Shown here one piece after another: positions 38,050 to 46,703 of a DNA stretch of 55,473 nt; positions within the stretch are counted from its first letter, which is position 1, and each line of letters opens with the position of its first letter. The translations under genes and the position numbers were made by a program. The notes under the pieces are model-generated. The model worked only from the letters and a program-made list of their open reading frames with translations. It was not told the DNA's origin and made no database searches. Origin of the DNA: Gemmatimonadales bacterium (GTDB lineage: Bacteria > Gemmatimonadota > Gemmatimonadetes > Gemmatimonadales > GWC2-71-9); contig JBFJCP010000029.1 of assembly GCA_041615815.1 (NCBI GenBank), positions 1-55,473 on the forward strand, in the 5' to 3' direction.

Positions 38050-39288
38050 ATGCCTGAGGTTTCCTCGGTTCAGCGAGGCGCCCTCTGGAAACGCGTCGAG
38101 CGGCTGTGCCGTGCGGCGATCCGCATCACCGCCGAGCACGAGCTCAATCGTGTGCTCCAAGAGGTGGCCGATTCCGCCCGCGAAGTCATCGGTGCCAAGT
38201 ACGCCGCGCTCGGCGTCTTGGATTCGTCGGGGACCGCGCTCGAAACCTTCGTGGTGAGCGGACTCAGTAAGGAAGAGTACGAGCGGATCGGAGACCTGCC
38301 CACCGGAAAGGGGTTGCTCGGGGTGCTTATCGAGCAACCTAAGCCCTTGAGAATCAAGAATTTACGCGAACACCCCCGCGCCCTTGGATTCCCTCGCAAC
38401 CACCCACCGATGCACTCGTTCCTCGGGGTGCCCATTTTGGGCCGGGACGGTCCCATCGGCAATCTCTACCTCACCGAGAAGACAGGCGCCGAGGCGTTCT
38501 CCCGGGAGGACGAAGCCTTGGCCGTGATGCTCGCCGCCCACGTCGCAGTGGCCGTCGAGAACGCGAGGCTCTACGAAGAGCGGGAACGACTCCTCGACGA
38601 GCTGAAGGGACTTCAGGTTTCCCGAGACCGGTTCTTCGCCATGATCAACCACGAGCTGCGCAATGCGCTCACGGCCGTCCACGGCTGGAGTGAGCTTTGG
38701 CTCCGCAAGGCCGGGGACAACCCGCCACGGGCAGCCCGGGAGGTGACGGAGTCGGCCGAGCGCGCCATCCGCCTCCTCGAGGATATGCTCGATCTCAGTC
38801 GACTCGATGCGGACAAGCTCAAGCCCCGGATCGAAGATGTCGAGATGGGCGGCGTCGTGCGGGAGTCGGTCGCGTCCCTGGAGCCGGCCGCTCACCACCG
38901 GGGCGTTCGGATCGAAACCGTCGGGGCCTCCGACCCGCAGCTCTGTCGTTCTGACTCGCTACGCATCCGACAGATCATGGTCAATCTCTTGAGCAACGCT
39001 GTGCGGCACAGCCCGGAAAACGAGACCGTGACGGTCGAGCTGCGCGTAGACGACGCGAGTCTGGAGCTGCATGTCGTGGATCGAGGCGAGGGGATCCCCG
39101 TGGCGCAACAAGCCCTGATCTTCGAGGCGTTCGAGCGGGCCGGCGCTGACCAGGAGCGGGGGACGGGACTGGGCCTCACGTTGTCCAAGAAGTTGGCGCA
39201 CCTCTTGGGTGGCGACCTAACCGTTGCCAGTCAACCTGGTGCTGGCGCAAGGTTTACGTTGCGAATCCCGCGGTGGTCGCAATCATGA
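38050..39288 (+). CDS. Soluble sensor kinase: DosS/DosT-like GAF domain plus HisKA/HATPase
   Basis: GAF with PKPLR...GFPRNHPPMHSFLGVPI...GNLYLTEK; NHELRN, NLLSNAVR, DRGEG, GTGLGL; no TM. Confidence 0.9.
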   Translation: MPEVSSVQRGALWKRVERLCRAAIRITAEHELNRVLQEVADSAREVIGAKYAALGVLDSSGTALETFVVSGLSKEEYERIGDLPTGKGLLGVLIEQPKPLRIKNLREHPRALGFPRNHPPMHSFLGVPILGRDGPIGNLYLTEKTGAEAFSREDEALAVMLAAHVAVAVENARLYEERERLLDELKGLQVSRDRFFAMINHELRNALTAVHGWSELWLRKAGDNPPRAAREVTESAERAIRLLEDMLDLSRLDADKLKPRIEDVEMGGVVRESVASLEPAAHHRGVRIETVGASDPQLCRSDSLRIRQIMVNLLSNAVRHSPENETVTVELRVDDASLELHVVDRGEGIPVAQQALIFEAFERAGADQERGTGLGLTLSKKLAHLLGGDLTVASQPGAGARFTLRIPRWSQS

Positions 39289-39339
39289 AGACCGGTTCAC
39301 GACCTCTTCAAATGGGGATCAGCCATGCGCGGATAGCCT
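39285..39339 (+). promoter_or_regulatory. Response-regulator promoter: 11-nt-spaced repeats plus -10
   Basis: ATGAAG 39285, TTCAC 39296, TTCAA 39307, ATCAG 39318; TAGCCT at 39334 (+16), 7 nt before the ATG. Confidence 0.7.
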
Positions 39340-39346
39340 TCTCCGC

Positions 39347-40033
39347 ATGAGAATCCTGATCGTGGAAGACGACCGGAAGGTCGCCGGGTTCATCGAGATG
39401 GGTCTTCGCGAAGAGGGCTACGCCGTCGACGTCGCCAAGGACGGCGATGAGGCTTCCACGTTGGCCCACGTGAACGACTATGATGCCATCTTGTTGGACC
39501 TCATGCTTCCCAAGAAGAACGGCCTGCAGGTGGCGTCCGAGCTTCGGCGTGAGGGTCGCCGCACACCCATTCTCATGTTGACCGCTCGCGATGCTACGGA
39601 AGACGTGGTGCGCGGCCTCGATGCCGGTGCGGACGACTACCTCACCAAGCCCTTCAAGTTTGACGAGCTGCTGGCCCGAGTACGCGCGCTGGTGCGGCGT
39701 GGCGGGAGTGCGAGGCTCGAACGACTCACCTACGGGCCGCTGGAGTTGGATCGGTTGAAACACCGCGCGTTCGCCGGAGGCAGACGCCTGGAGCTCACGC
39801 CTCGGGAGTTTCAACTCCTAGAGCACTTCATGCTCCATCCCGAGAACGTGGTACGCCGTACGGAGTTGCTCGAGAAGGTCTGGGATATGCACTTCGATCC
39901 CGAGAGCAACGTCGTCGATGTTCACGTCGGTAATCTGCGACGCAAGCTCCGCGAAGCGGGCCACGATCGAATCATCATGACGGTTCGTGGAGTGGGATTC
40001 CAGCTGAAGGTGCCGGACGGCGACGAGGCCTGA
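39347..40033 (+). CDS. OmpR/PhoB family response regulator (CusR/MprA-like)
   Basis: MRILIVEDD, LDLMLP, GADDYLTKPF, winged helix LTPREF...SNVVDVHV...TVRGVG. Confidence 0.94.
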   Translation: MRILIVEDDRKVAGFIEMGLREEGYAVDVAKDGDEASTLAHVNDYDAILLDLMLPKKNGLQVASELRREGRRTPILMLTARDATEDVVRGLDAGADDYLTKPFKFDELLARVRALVRRGGSARLERLTYGPLELDRLKHRAFAGGRRLELTPREFQLLEHFMLHPENVVRRTELLEKVWDMHFDPESNVVDVHVGNLRRKLREAGHDRIIMTVRGVGFQLKVPDGDEA

Positions 40034-41415
40034 TGCGTTCGCTGCGCCGCACGCTCGCGGTGCGGTTTAGTGTTACCGTCTTCTTTGCGCTGTTGTTGAT
40101 TGCGCTGTGGGCCTATCTGGGTGCACAGCGCATTCTGCGTGCGGAGTTGGACCGCGGCCTAGCGGCGGCCTGCGAACTGGAAGGCGCGGTCTTGGCCGCA
40201 GGTCTCGAACTGCCCACCCACCCAGGACCCCAAGACCTCGAGCGCTTCGTCGCCACGGTCAACCGCTTCGTCGCGATCAGGAACGCCGACGGCTCGATCC
40301 GACAAACCAACACGCCGCTAGCCCAGGACCTTCCGGCCGACCCGGTGAGCGTCGCCCAGGCCGGAGGCGGCGCCCGCAGCTGGAAGTCCGAGCGATGGAA
40401 AGGCCAACGGATCCGCTCCGTGTACGGCCCGGTTCCGGGAAGCACGGACGGCCGCGTGATCCAGGTATCCGCGTCCTTGATTCCCCTACGGGCCGCCAAT
40501 CGAGAGATCCTCTTTTTGATGCTGGGCACAGTGCTTTTGGGCACGGTGGCAACCTCGCTCGGAGCCGCATGGCTCGCGGGCTCCGCCGTCCAGCCGGTCA
40601 TGGACATCACCGCCCAGGCGGAGGAGATCGGCACGGGACGACTCGGACACCGCATCACTGCTCACTGGGATGTGGCCGAGTTTCAGGGACTCGTGCGAGT
40701 CCTGAATGGCATGTTGAAGCGTTTGGACAGCATGCTGGAGTCACAGCGGCGCATGGTGGCAGACGCTGGCCATGATCTCCGTACCCCGCTCACGGCCATG
40801 CGGGGGGAGATCGAAGTGGCCCTTCGAGGCTCGCGATCGCCAGACGAATATCGCCAGGTGCTTCACAGTGTCATGGAGGAGGTGGATAGACTGGGATCGA
40901 TCTCCGAGTCCCTGGTGCTCCTGGCGCGGGTGGAGGGCGGCACCCTCGTTCCAAGCCCCGTGCCCTGTGATCTCATCGACTTGCTCGAGGGAGCGGTGCG
41001 GCGAGCACAGGCTAGAGGAGGCGACCGCACATTCGGACTGACGTCGCCGGTGGCCATCCCACAAGTCGAGGTCGATCAGCGGATGCTGACGATCGTGTTC
41101 GACCATTTGCTGGATAACTGCCTACAGCACACTCCACCCGGAACCGCGGTCGAGCTCTCCATAACACGAGACGGCCGCTGGGCCAGAGTCGACGTGGATG
41201 ACGATGGCCCGGGGGTCCCCACCGAGGGGTTGGAACGGCTCTTCGACCGGTTCTATCGAGACGACACAGCGAGGACCCGAACGGCCGGAGCTGGACTCGG
41301 CTTGTCCATTGCCTCGGCCATCGTGGGCACGCATGGCGGCAGGATCGAGGCTGCCCGGAGCCGGTTGGGGGGTCTACGTGTGACGATCCGTCTGCCGCTC
41401 CTCCGCCAGAGTTGA
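40033..41415 (+). CDS. Membrane HAMP-domain sensor histidine kinase
   Basis: TGATG coupling; 2 TM, HAMP, DAGHDLRTPL, DDGPG, FDRFYR, GAGLGL. Confidence 0.92.
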   Translation: MRSLRRTLAVRFSVTVFFALLLIALWAYLGAQRILRAELDRGLAAACELEGAVLAAGLELPTHPGPQDLERFVATVNRFVAIRNADGSIRQTNTPLAQDLPADPVSVAQAGGGARSWKSERWKGQRIRSVYGPVPGSTDGRVIQVSASLIPLRAANREILFLMLGTVLLGTVATSLGAAWLAGSAVQPVMDITAQAEEIGTGRLGHRITAHWDVAEFQGLVRVLNGMLKRLDSMLESQRRMVADAGHDLRTPLTAMRGEIEVALRGSRSPDEYRQVLHSVMEEVDRLGSISESLVLLARVEGGTLVPSPVPCDLIDLLEGAVRRAQARGGDRTFGLTSPVAIPQVEVDQRMLTIVFDHLLDNCLQHTPPGTAVELSITRDGRWARVDVDDDGPGVPTEGLERLFDRFYRDDTARTRTAGAGLGLSIASAIVGTHGGRIEAARSRLGGLRVTIRLPLLRQS

Positions 41416-41421
41416 GCCGCT

Positions 41422-41465
41422 TTCACTTTACGTTCCAAAAAACTTCACAGCACGATTTGCACGTT
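41422..41465 (+). promoter_or_regulatory. DUF2892 promoter: 11-nt-spaced repeats plus -10-like hexamer
   Basis: TTCAC 41422, TTCCA 41433, TTCAC 41444; CACGTT at 41460 (+16). Confidence 0.62.
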
Positions 41466-41502
41466 GCCGAGAGAGACTTGGCTCGAGCGCAGGAGACAAG
41501 CC

Positions 41503-41721
41503 ATGCAACGTAACGTTGGGCGGGCGGACGCTTGGATTCGAGGAGGGTTGGCCGTTTTGTTATTTGGGATGGCTGCCATCTTGAACCATCTCTCCCTCGT
41601 CTCTCTCGCGGCCGCTCTCGCAGCACTCATCCTGGTGGGAACCGCACTGACCAGGAGCTGCCCGTTGTATCGAGTGCTGGGCATCGACTCTCAGCGCGAT
41701 CGCCGGACGGGTCACGCGTGA
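41503..41721 (+). CDS. DUF2892 (YgaP-like) small membrane protein
   Basis: SD AGGAG; NVGRADAWIR, two TM, SCPLYRVLGI. Confidence 0.85.
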   Translation: MQRNVGRADAWIRGGLAVLLFGMAAILNHLSLVSLAAALAALILVGTALTRSCPLYRVLGIDSQRDRRTGHA

Positions 41722-41857
41722 TCCGTCCGGCCCCCCGTCCGCGGGTGGCGTCGATGGGTCCTCCTCATCTAATTTCCGGCCTCATGACACCGACCGCTTC
41801 CGCCACGGTGGGTGGCTCGAAGCATGTCGTGCTGGACTTCTACAAGGAGAAGAGGCC

Positions 41858-42250
41858 GTGCGCAGAATAGTCTCGATGCTCGTGGTGGTTGGGCTCGTCC
41901 TCACCGCTTCCTCAGTTCTCGCTCAGGTTCCCGACTCGCTGCCGGAAGGGGTCACGGCAAAGATGGTGTCCGACGGGAGCACGCTGTTTTCCGGCCAGGG
42001 GATCTGCGTTGCCTGCCACGGTCCTCAGGGCAAAGGCATCCCCAATCTGGGGACCGATTTGACGGACGCAGAGTGGACGCACAGTGACGGCTCGTACAGC
42101 GGCATTCTCGAGACCATCCGGCAGGGTGTCACCGCTGACAAGTCCACCAGCGGCGTGGCGATGCCACCAAAGGGCGGGAGCAACCTCAACGACGATCAGT
42201 TGAAAGCGGTTGCGGCCTACGTCTGGAGTCTGGTTCGGGCCAAGAAGTAA
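41858..42250 (+). CDS. Periplasmic monoheme cytochrome c
   Basis: Signal peptide ending VLA; CVACHG; distal AMPPKGG. Confidence 0.88.
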   Translation: MRRIVSMLVVVGLVLTASSVLAQVPDSLPEGVTAKMVSDGSTLFSGQGICVACHGPQGKGIPNLGTDLTDAEWTHSDGSYSGILETIRQGVTADKSTSGVAMPPKGGSNLNDDQLKAVAAYVWSLVRAKK

Positions 42251-42292
42251 CGACCGCTCGCAACGCAACCCAGAACGGGAAGGGAAACGTCC

Positions 42293-43405
42293 GTGTCATT
42301 GTGCACGACCTGGCGCCGCGCCACCGTCACCGGCGCGTGTGGATTGGCAGCTCTAATGGTGCTCGCCGGTGTAGCAGTCAACACGGGCCAGGCGCAGGTG
42401 GAAGTCAATTCCCGTGCGGTCGAAATCACGCTCACGGGCAGACTCCACGCCCAATTCAATACCACTTCCGTCTTGGACGAGCCCGACGCCGAGTTTCTCG
42501 TCCGCCGCGCGCGATTCACTGCGGACGTCACCATCAACGACTTCGTCAGCGGCCGTATCCAGCCGGACTACGGTGAGGGGAAGATCTCGTTGAAGGACGC
42601 TTTCGTGCGGCTCACCTTCCATCCTGCGTTTCGCGCCACCATGGGCCAGTTCAAGCGCCCATTTGATCTGTTCGAGCTCACTAGCTCGACACAGATCCTC
42701 GTGATCGAGCGCACCGGCGAGGTGCGGGGCGTGGACACCTGCAGCGGTCCTGGTGGTACTTGCTCGTTCAGCCGCCTCACGGAGAAACTCCAACTGTCCG
42801 ATCGTGACATCGGGGTCATGTTCGACGGGACCGACCCATCAGGGCTGGTGCAGTACATGGTCTCCGTCACCAACGGGACCGGCCAGAACACCGAAGACGA
42901 GAACGGGGCGAAGTCCTTCACGGGTCGGATCGAGCTGACTCCGTTTCCCAACGTCACGGTCGCCGGCAATGTCGCTGCTCATGACTACCTGCTGCCGGTG
43001 ACTCCCACGGTGGCGGAGAATGAGTACGCCGTGGCCTTCGGGGGCGACGTGGAACTCGGCAATTACGATGGCGGCATCCACTTCCAAGGCGGTGTGGCTG
43101 CCGGCGACAACTGGCTCAACCTCGCGGCCGGAACGCCCACGTCGTTCTTGACCGCGCAGGGAATCCTCACGTGGAAGGTGCCCTTTCAGCCCAACCGGCT
43201 CGCCTCGGCCATCGAGCCGGTCGTCCGCGTCAGTTGGGCCGATCCCGACACCGACACGGCTGACGACGACGGCATCTTGGCCACCGGCGGGCTGGTGGTT
43301 CATTTCGTGGGTAGAAACAAGATCGCGGCCAACGTGGACGTTTGGTCGCCACGGGTCGGAGACACTGAGTACTCCCTTAAGGTTCAGTCTTACTTGCACT
43401 TCTGA
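42293..43405 (+). CDS. Outer-membrane porin, OprO/OprP-like
   Basis: Signal peptide; FLVRRAR, LKDAFV, GQFKRPF, RDIGV; C-terminal YLHF. Exact start uncertain. Confidence 0.72.
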   Translation: MSLCTTWRRATVTGACGLAALMVLAGVAVNTGQAQVEVNSRAVEITLTGRLHAQFNTTSVLDEPDAEFLVRRARFTADVTINDFVSGRIQPDYGEGKISLKDAFVRLTFHPAFRATMGQFKRPFDLFELTSSTQILVIERTGEVRGVDTCSGPGGTCSFSRLTEKLQLSDRDIGVMFDGTDPSGLVQYMVSVTNGTGQNTEDENGAKSFTGRIELTPFPNVTVAGNVAAHDYLLPVTPTVAENEYAVAFGGDVELGNYDGGIHFQGGVAAGDNWLNLAAGTPTSFLTAQGILTWKVPFQPNRLASAIEPVVRVSWADPDTDTADDDGILATGGLVVHFVGRNKIAANVDVWSPRVGDTEYSLKVQSYLHF

Positions 43406-43408
43406 CTC

Positions 43409-43464
43409 TTTAAAAAGTCTTCATAATCCCGCCACACCTCCTTCATGGCGGGCCCCGTTACTTG
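43409..43464 (+). promoter_or_regulatory. nos operon promoter: 11-nt-spaced repeats
   Basis: TTTAA 43409, TTCAT 43420, GCCAC 43431, TTCAT 43442; TTACTTG at 43458 (+16, imperfect -10). Confidence 0.58.
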
Positions 43465-43573
43465 CTGCCCGGGCAACGGCACCGGACCAAGACTCGGCCG
43501 ACCGACCCGGCGGGGCCTGGGCGCCTCCGTGTTTTTGAACCGCCTATCACCCACACAGGAGTTCGATTACCGC

Positions 43574-44011
43574 ATGTCCCTGCGAATTCTGGCGGCGTGT
43601 GCCGTCCTGGTGACCATCGGTTGCTCCGGCGGCGACGGCGAGGAAGCTGCACCCCCGGTATCACAAACGACCACGACCGCCGCAGCGTCAGTCGCCCCAC
43701 CACCGACTGGCCCCATCGACCAAGCTCTGGCGACTCGCGGAGAGCAGCTCTTCCAGAGCAAAGGGTGCATCGGGTGTCACACGATCGGCGGAGGCCGCCT
43801 CACCGGGCCAGATCTCCAGGCGGTAACCACCCGTCGAGAGTATGGGTGGATCATGGCCATGATCATCAATCCCGACTCGATGCTCAAAGCCGACGCTACG
43901 GCACGTCAGCTGTTCGCCGAGTACATGACCCCCATGATGAACATGGGCGTCACACCGGAGGAAGCACGAGCGATATACGAACATCTCAGAAGAGCCGCTG
44001 GCGCGAACTGA
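43574..44011 (+). CDS. nosC: Monoheme cytochrome c lipoprotein upstream of nosZ (NosC-like)
   Basis: Lipobox VTIG-C, Thr/Ala/Pro linker, CIGCH, GPDL, PMMNM. Confidence 0.8.
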   Translation: MSLRILAACAVLVTIGCSGGDGEEAAPPVSQTTTTAAASVAPPPTGPIDQALATRGEQLFQSKGCIGCHTIGGGRLTGPDLQAVTTRREYGWIMAMIINPDSMLKADATARQLFAEYMTPMMNMGVTPEEARAIYEHLRRAAGAN

Positions 44012-44046
44012 CGCGCCATCCAAACAACATTTTTTAGGAGCGCCAG

Positions 44047-46008
44047 ATGCGATCCAACCGATTCTTGTGGACCCTTTCCTCGGCTGCCGTTGTCGCCGTC
44101 TTGGCGGTCGTGGGCGCGCAATCTTGCGCGGGGCCCGGTGCAACGACCGATGTCAGCTCTATCGCCCGGCAACGAAATCTCACCGATGCCGATGTGGTGG
44201 CGGCCCTCAAGACCTATCAGCCCACGGGCCGAATGGACGAGTACATCCTGTTTGGCTCCGGCGGACACTCCGGACAAGTTCTGGTCATTGGGGTGCCCTC
44301 GATGCGGCTCCTCAAGGTGATTGCCGCATTCACGCCAGAGCCTTGGCAGGGGTTCGCCTACGGCGCCGAGGAGCACAAGACATTGCTGGCCAGCGGTCGG
44401 ATGTCCGGTCACGACATCACGTGGGGTGATACCCATCACCCGGCGTTATCGGAGACGGATGGCGACTACGATGGGCAGTTCCTATTCATCAACGACAAAG
44501 CCAACCCTCGGATCGCGTTGATCGATCTCCGCGACTTCGAGACCAAGCAGATCGTCACCAATCCCAACATGGGGACCAACCACGGCGGCGCCTTCGTCAC
44601 GCCAAACACGGAGTACGTCATCGAGGGGGCGCAATACGCGGTTCCCCTCTGGACCGATTACGCCGACGTGGATCGCTACCAAGAGGATTACCGCGGTCTC
44701 GTGACCCTGTGGAAGTTCGACCGGCAACGCGGTCGGATCGACCAGGCGAGCTCCTTTTCGATCGAGTTACCGCCGTACTGGCACGACCTGTCCGACGCCG
44801 GAAAAGGACCTTCGGCTGGGTGGGCATTCCTGAACTCGTTCAATACCGAGATGGCCACTGGCGGCATCGAAGCCGGCAACCCACCGTTCGAAGCCGGCGC
44901 GTCCCAGAACGACATGGATTATCTCCATATCATCAATTGGGAAAAGGCGGCCCAGGTGGCAGCGCAGGCGGGCAAAACGCGCATGGCGCGGGGCCAACGC
45001 GTGATTCCGCTCCAGACCGCCATTGACGAGGGACTGCTCTTCTTCGTCCCCGAGCCCAAGAGCCCTCACGGATCAGACGTCACGCCTGACGGCCGCTACA
45101 TCATCGTCTCGGGTAAGCTGGATCCCCATGTTACGGTCTACTCATGGGAGAAGATCAAGCAGGCCATCGACGCCAAGAACTTCAGTGGCACCGATTCTTA
45201 CGGGGTGCCGGTGATCGACTTCAGCTCGGTGATCGACGGACAGCTCGAGGTGGGCCTGGGCCCATTGCACACCCAGTTCGACGACCAGGGGAACGCGTAC
45301 ACCAGCATTTTCCTCGATACCAAGGTGACGAAGTGGAGCTTGAATCCGCTCGCGGTGGTCGACCAGATCGATGTGCACTACAACGTCGGGCACTTGGCGG
45401 CGGCGGAGGGTGATACCCGCTCACCGGACGGGAAGTACCTGATTTCGATGAACAAGTGGTCCATCGATCGGTTCAACGACGTGGGCCCTCTCCTCCCACA
45501 GAACTTCCAGCTGATCGACATCTCGGGCGAGCGGATGCAGCTCCTGTACGACATGCCGATCGGGATCGGCGAGCCGCACTACGCGCAAATGATCAAGGCG
45601 GACAAGCTGCAACCGTTCCGCGTGTACCCGCAGATCGGCTATGACCCCGGCACGATGAGCGCCGCCAGAAACGCCGTGATGGGTGGCCAAGAGGGCATCC
45701 AGCGTAGCGGCAATCAGGTGACCGTACGGATGACGGCGATCCGTAGTCACTTCACACCGGAGTACATCCGTGTGCGGCAGGGTGATCGTGTAACGATCCA
45801 TATCACCAGCATCGAGCAGGCTCACGACGCGACCCATGGCTTTGGGATCTCGAAATACAACATCAACCTGAGCCTCGAGCCCGGAGAGTCTCAGACCGTC
45901 ACGTTCGTGGCCGATCAAGCCGGCGTATTCCCCTTCTACTGCACCGAATTCTGCTCGGCGCTGCACCTGGAGATGACGGGTTATCTCCTGGTAGAGCCGA
46001 GGGGCTAA
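44047..46008 (+). CDS. nosZ: Clade II (Sec-type) nitrous oxide reductase
   Basis: No twin-arginine; SGGHSGQ, GVPSMR; CuZ His motifs DTHH, NHGG, SPHG, PLHT, VGH, EPH; CuA THGF...CTEFCSALHLEM. Confidence 0.97.
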   Translation: MRSNRFLWTLSSAAVVAVLAVVGAQSCAGPGATTDVSSIARQRNLTDADVVAALKTYQPTGRMDEYILFGSGGHSGQVLVIGVPSMRLLKVIAAFTPEPWQGFAYGAEEHKTLLASGRMSGHDITWGDTHHPALSETDGDYDGQFLFINDKANPRIALIDLRDFETKQIVTNPNMGTNHGGAFVTPNTEYVIEGAQYAVPLWTDYADVDRYQEDYRGLVTLWKFDRQRGRIDQASSFSIELPPYWHDLSDAGKGPSAGWAFLNSFNTEMATGGIEAGNPPFEAGASQNDMDYLHIINWEKAAQVAAQAGKTRMARGQRVIPLQTAIDEGLLFFVPEPKSPHGSDVTPDGRYIIVSGKLDPHVTVYSWEKIKQAIDAKNFSGTDSYGVPVIDFSSVIDGQLEVGLGPLHTQFDDQGNAYTSIFLDTKVTKWSLNPLAVVDQIDVHYNVGHLAAAEGDTRSPDGKYLISMNKWSIDRFNDVGPLLPQNFQLIDISGERMQLLYDMPIGIGEPHYAQMIKADKLQPFRVYPQIGYDPGTMSAARNAVMGGQEGIQRSGNQVTVRMTAIRSHFTPEYIRVRQGDRVTIHITSIEQAHDATHGFGISKYNINLSLEPGESQTVTFVADQAGVFPFYCTEFCSALHLEMTGYLLVEPRG

Positions 46009-46033
46009 CGAAGGACAGATCAACTCCCCCGTT

Positions 46034-46073
46034 ATCCCGCCCATCCCCGCTAGGCTCGAGGGATGGGCGGGAT
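46034..46073 (+). other. Stem-loop between nosZ and nosB
   Basis: ATCCCGCCCATCCC-N12-GGGATGGGCGGGAT, perfect 14-bp stem without a U-tract. Confidence 0.7.
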
Positions 46074-46100
46074 GGCCGAAGGGGCGAGACACCAACAACC

Positions 46101-46703
46101 ATGGACAAACTCACTTCGTTCTTTCAGGGCCAGCTCTCCAATACGAGCCGGATCCTCATCGTAGTCGCGACGCTCGCGATCTTACCAAGCATCTTTCTGC
46201 CTACGTGGACTATTACGCTCCGGGCACCACAGTATCCGCAGGGCCTCGAGCTCACGATCTATCCGAATACCGTGGGCGGTGACGTGCGCGAGATCAACAT
46301 CCTGAACCACTATATCGGGATGCACGAGATCGAGGCAGACGAGTTCCCGGAATTTCGTTTCATCCCTTTCTTCATTCTTCGGTTTCTCGGATTTGCGCTC
46401 CTGACCGCTCTGATTGGCCGTATGCCGATCGCTGCGCTGGGTTGGATGGACTTCGTGCTTTTCGGGATGGTGATGCTCTACACCATGCAGCATTGGCTCT
46501 ATGAGTTCGGGCAGAACCTCTCGCCAAACGCGCCGCTCCAGGTAGATCCGTTCGCGCCCAACCTGCTGGGGACCACGACCGTGGGTCAGTTTGCCGTGGC
46601 GAGTTGGCCGGCCACCGGAGCCATCCTCATGGCTTTGGCCGGCCTCATCGGTCCGGTGATCGTGCTGTTTGAGTGGCGGCGCATGCGGCGGTCTCCGGGA
46701 TGA
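46101..46703 (+). CDS. nosB: NosB-like membrane protein of clade II nos clusters
   Basis: PTWTITLRAPQYPQGL, EINILNHYIGM, WLYEFGQNL; position directly after nosZ. Confidence 0.85.
   Translation: MDKLTSFFQGQLSNTSRILIVVATLAILPSIFLPTWTITLRAPQYPQGLELTIYPNTVGGDVREINILNHYIGMHEIEADEFPEFRFIPFFILRFLGFALLTALIGRMPIAALGWMDFVLFGMVMLYTMQHWLYEFGQNLSPNAPLQVDPFAPNLLGTTTVGQFAVASWPATGAILMALAGLIGPVIVLFEWRRMRRSPG

Noticed and set aside
41722..41857. TTCA-repeat motif before the cytochrome c at 41858
   Set aside because: The CTCAT copies at 41764 and 41781 are 17 nt apart, off the 11-nt phase.
32576..43573. FNR/CRP or DosR palindromic boxes in island promoters
   Set aside because: I saw no TTGAT-N4-ATCAA or GGGAC-N-GTCCC palindrome in the gaps read; the recurring signal is a direct repeat.
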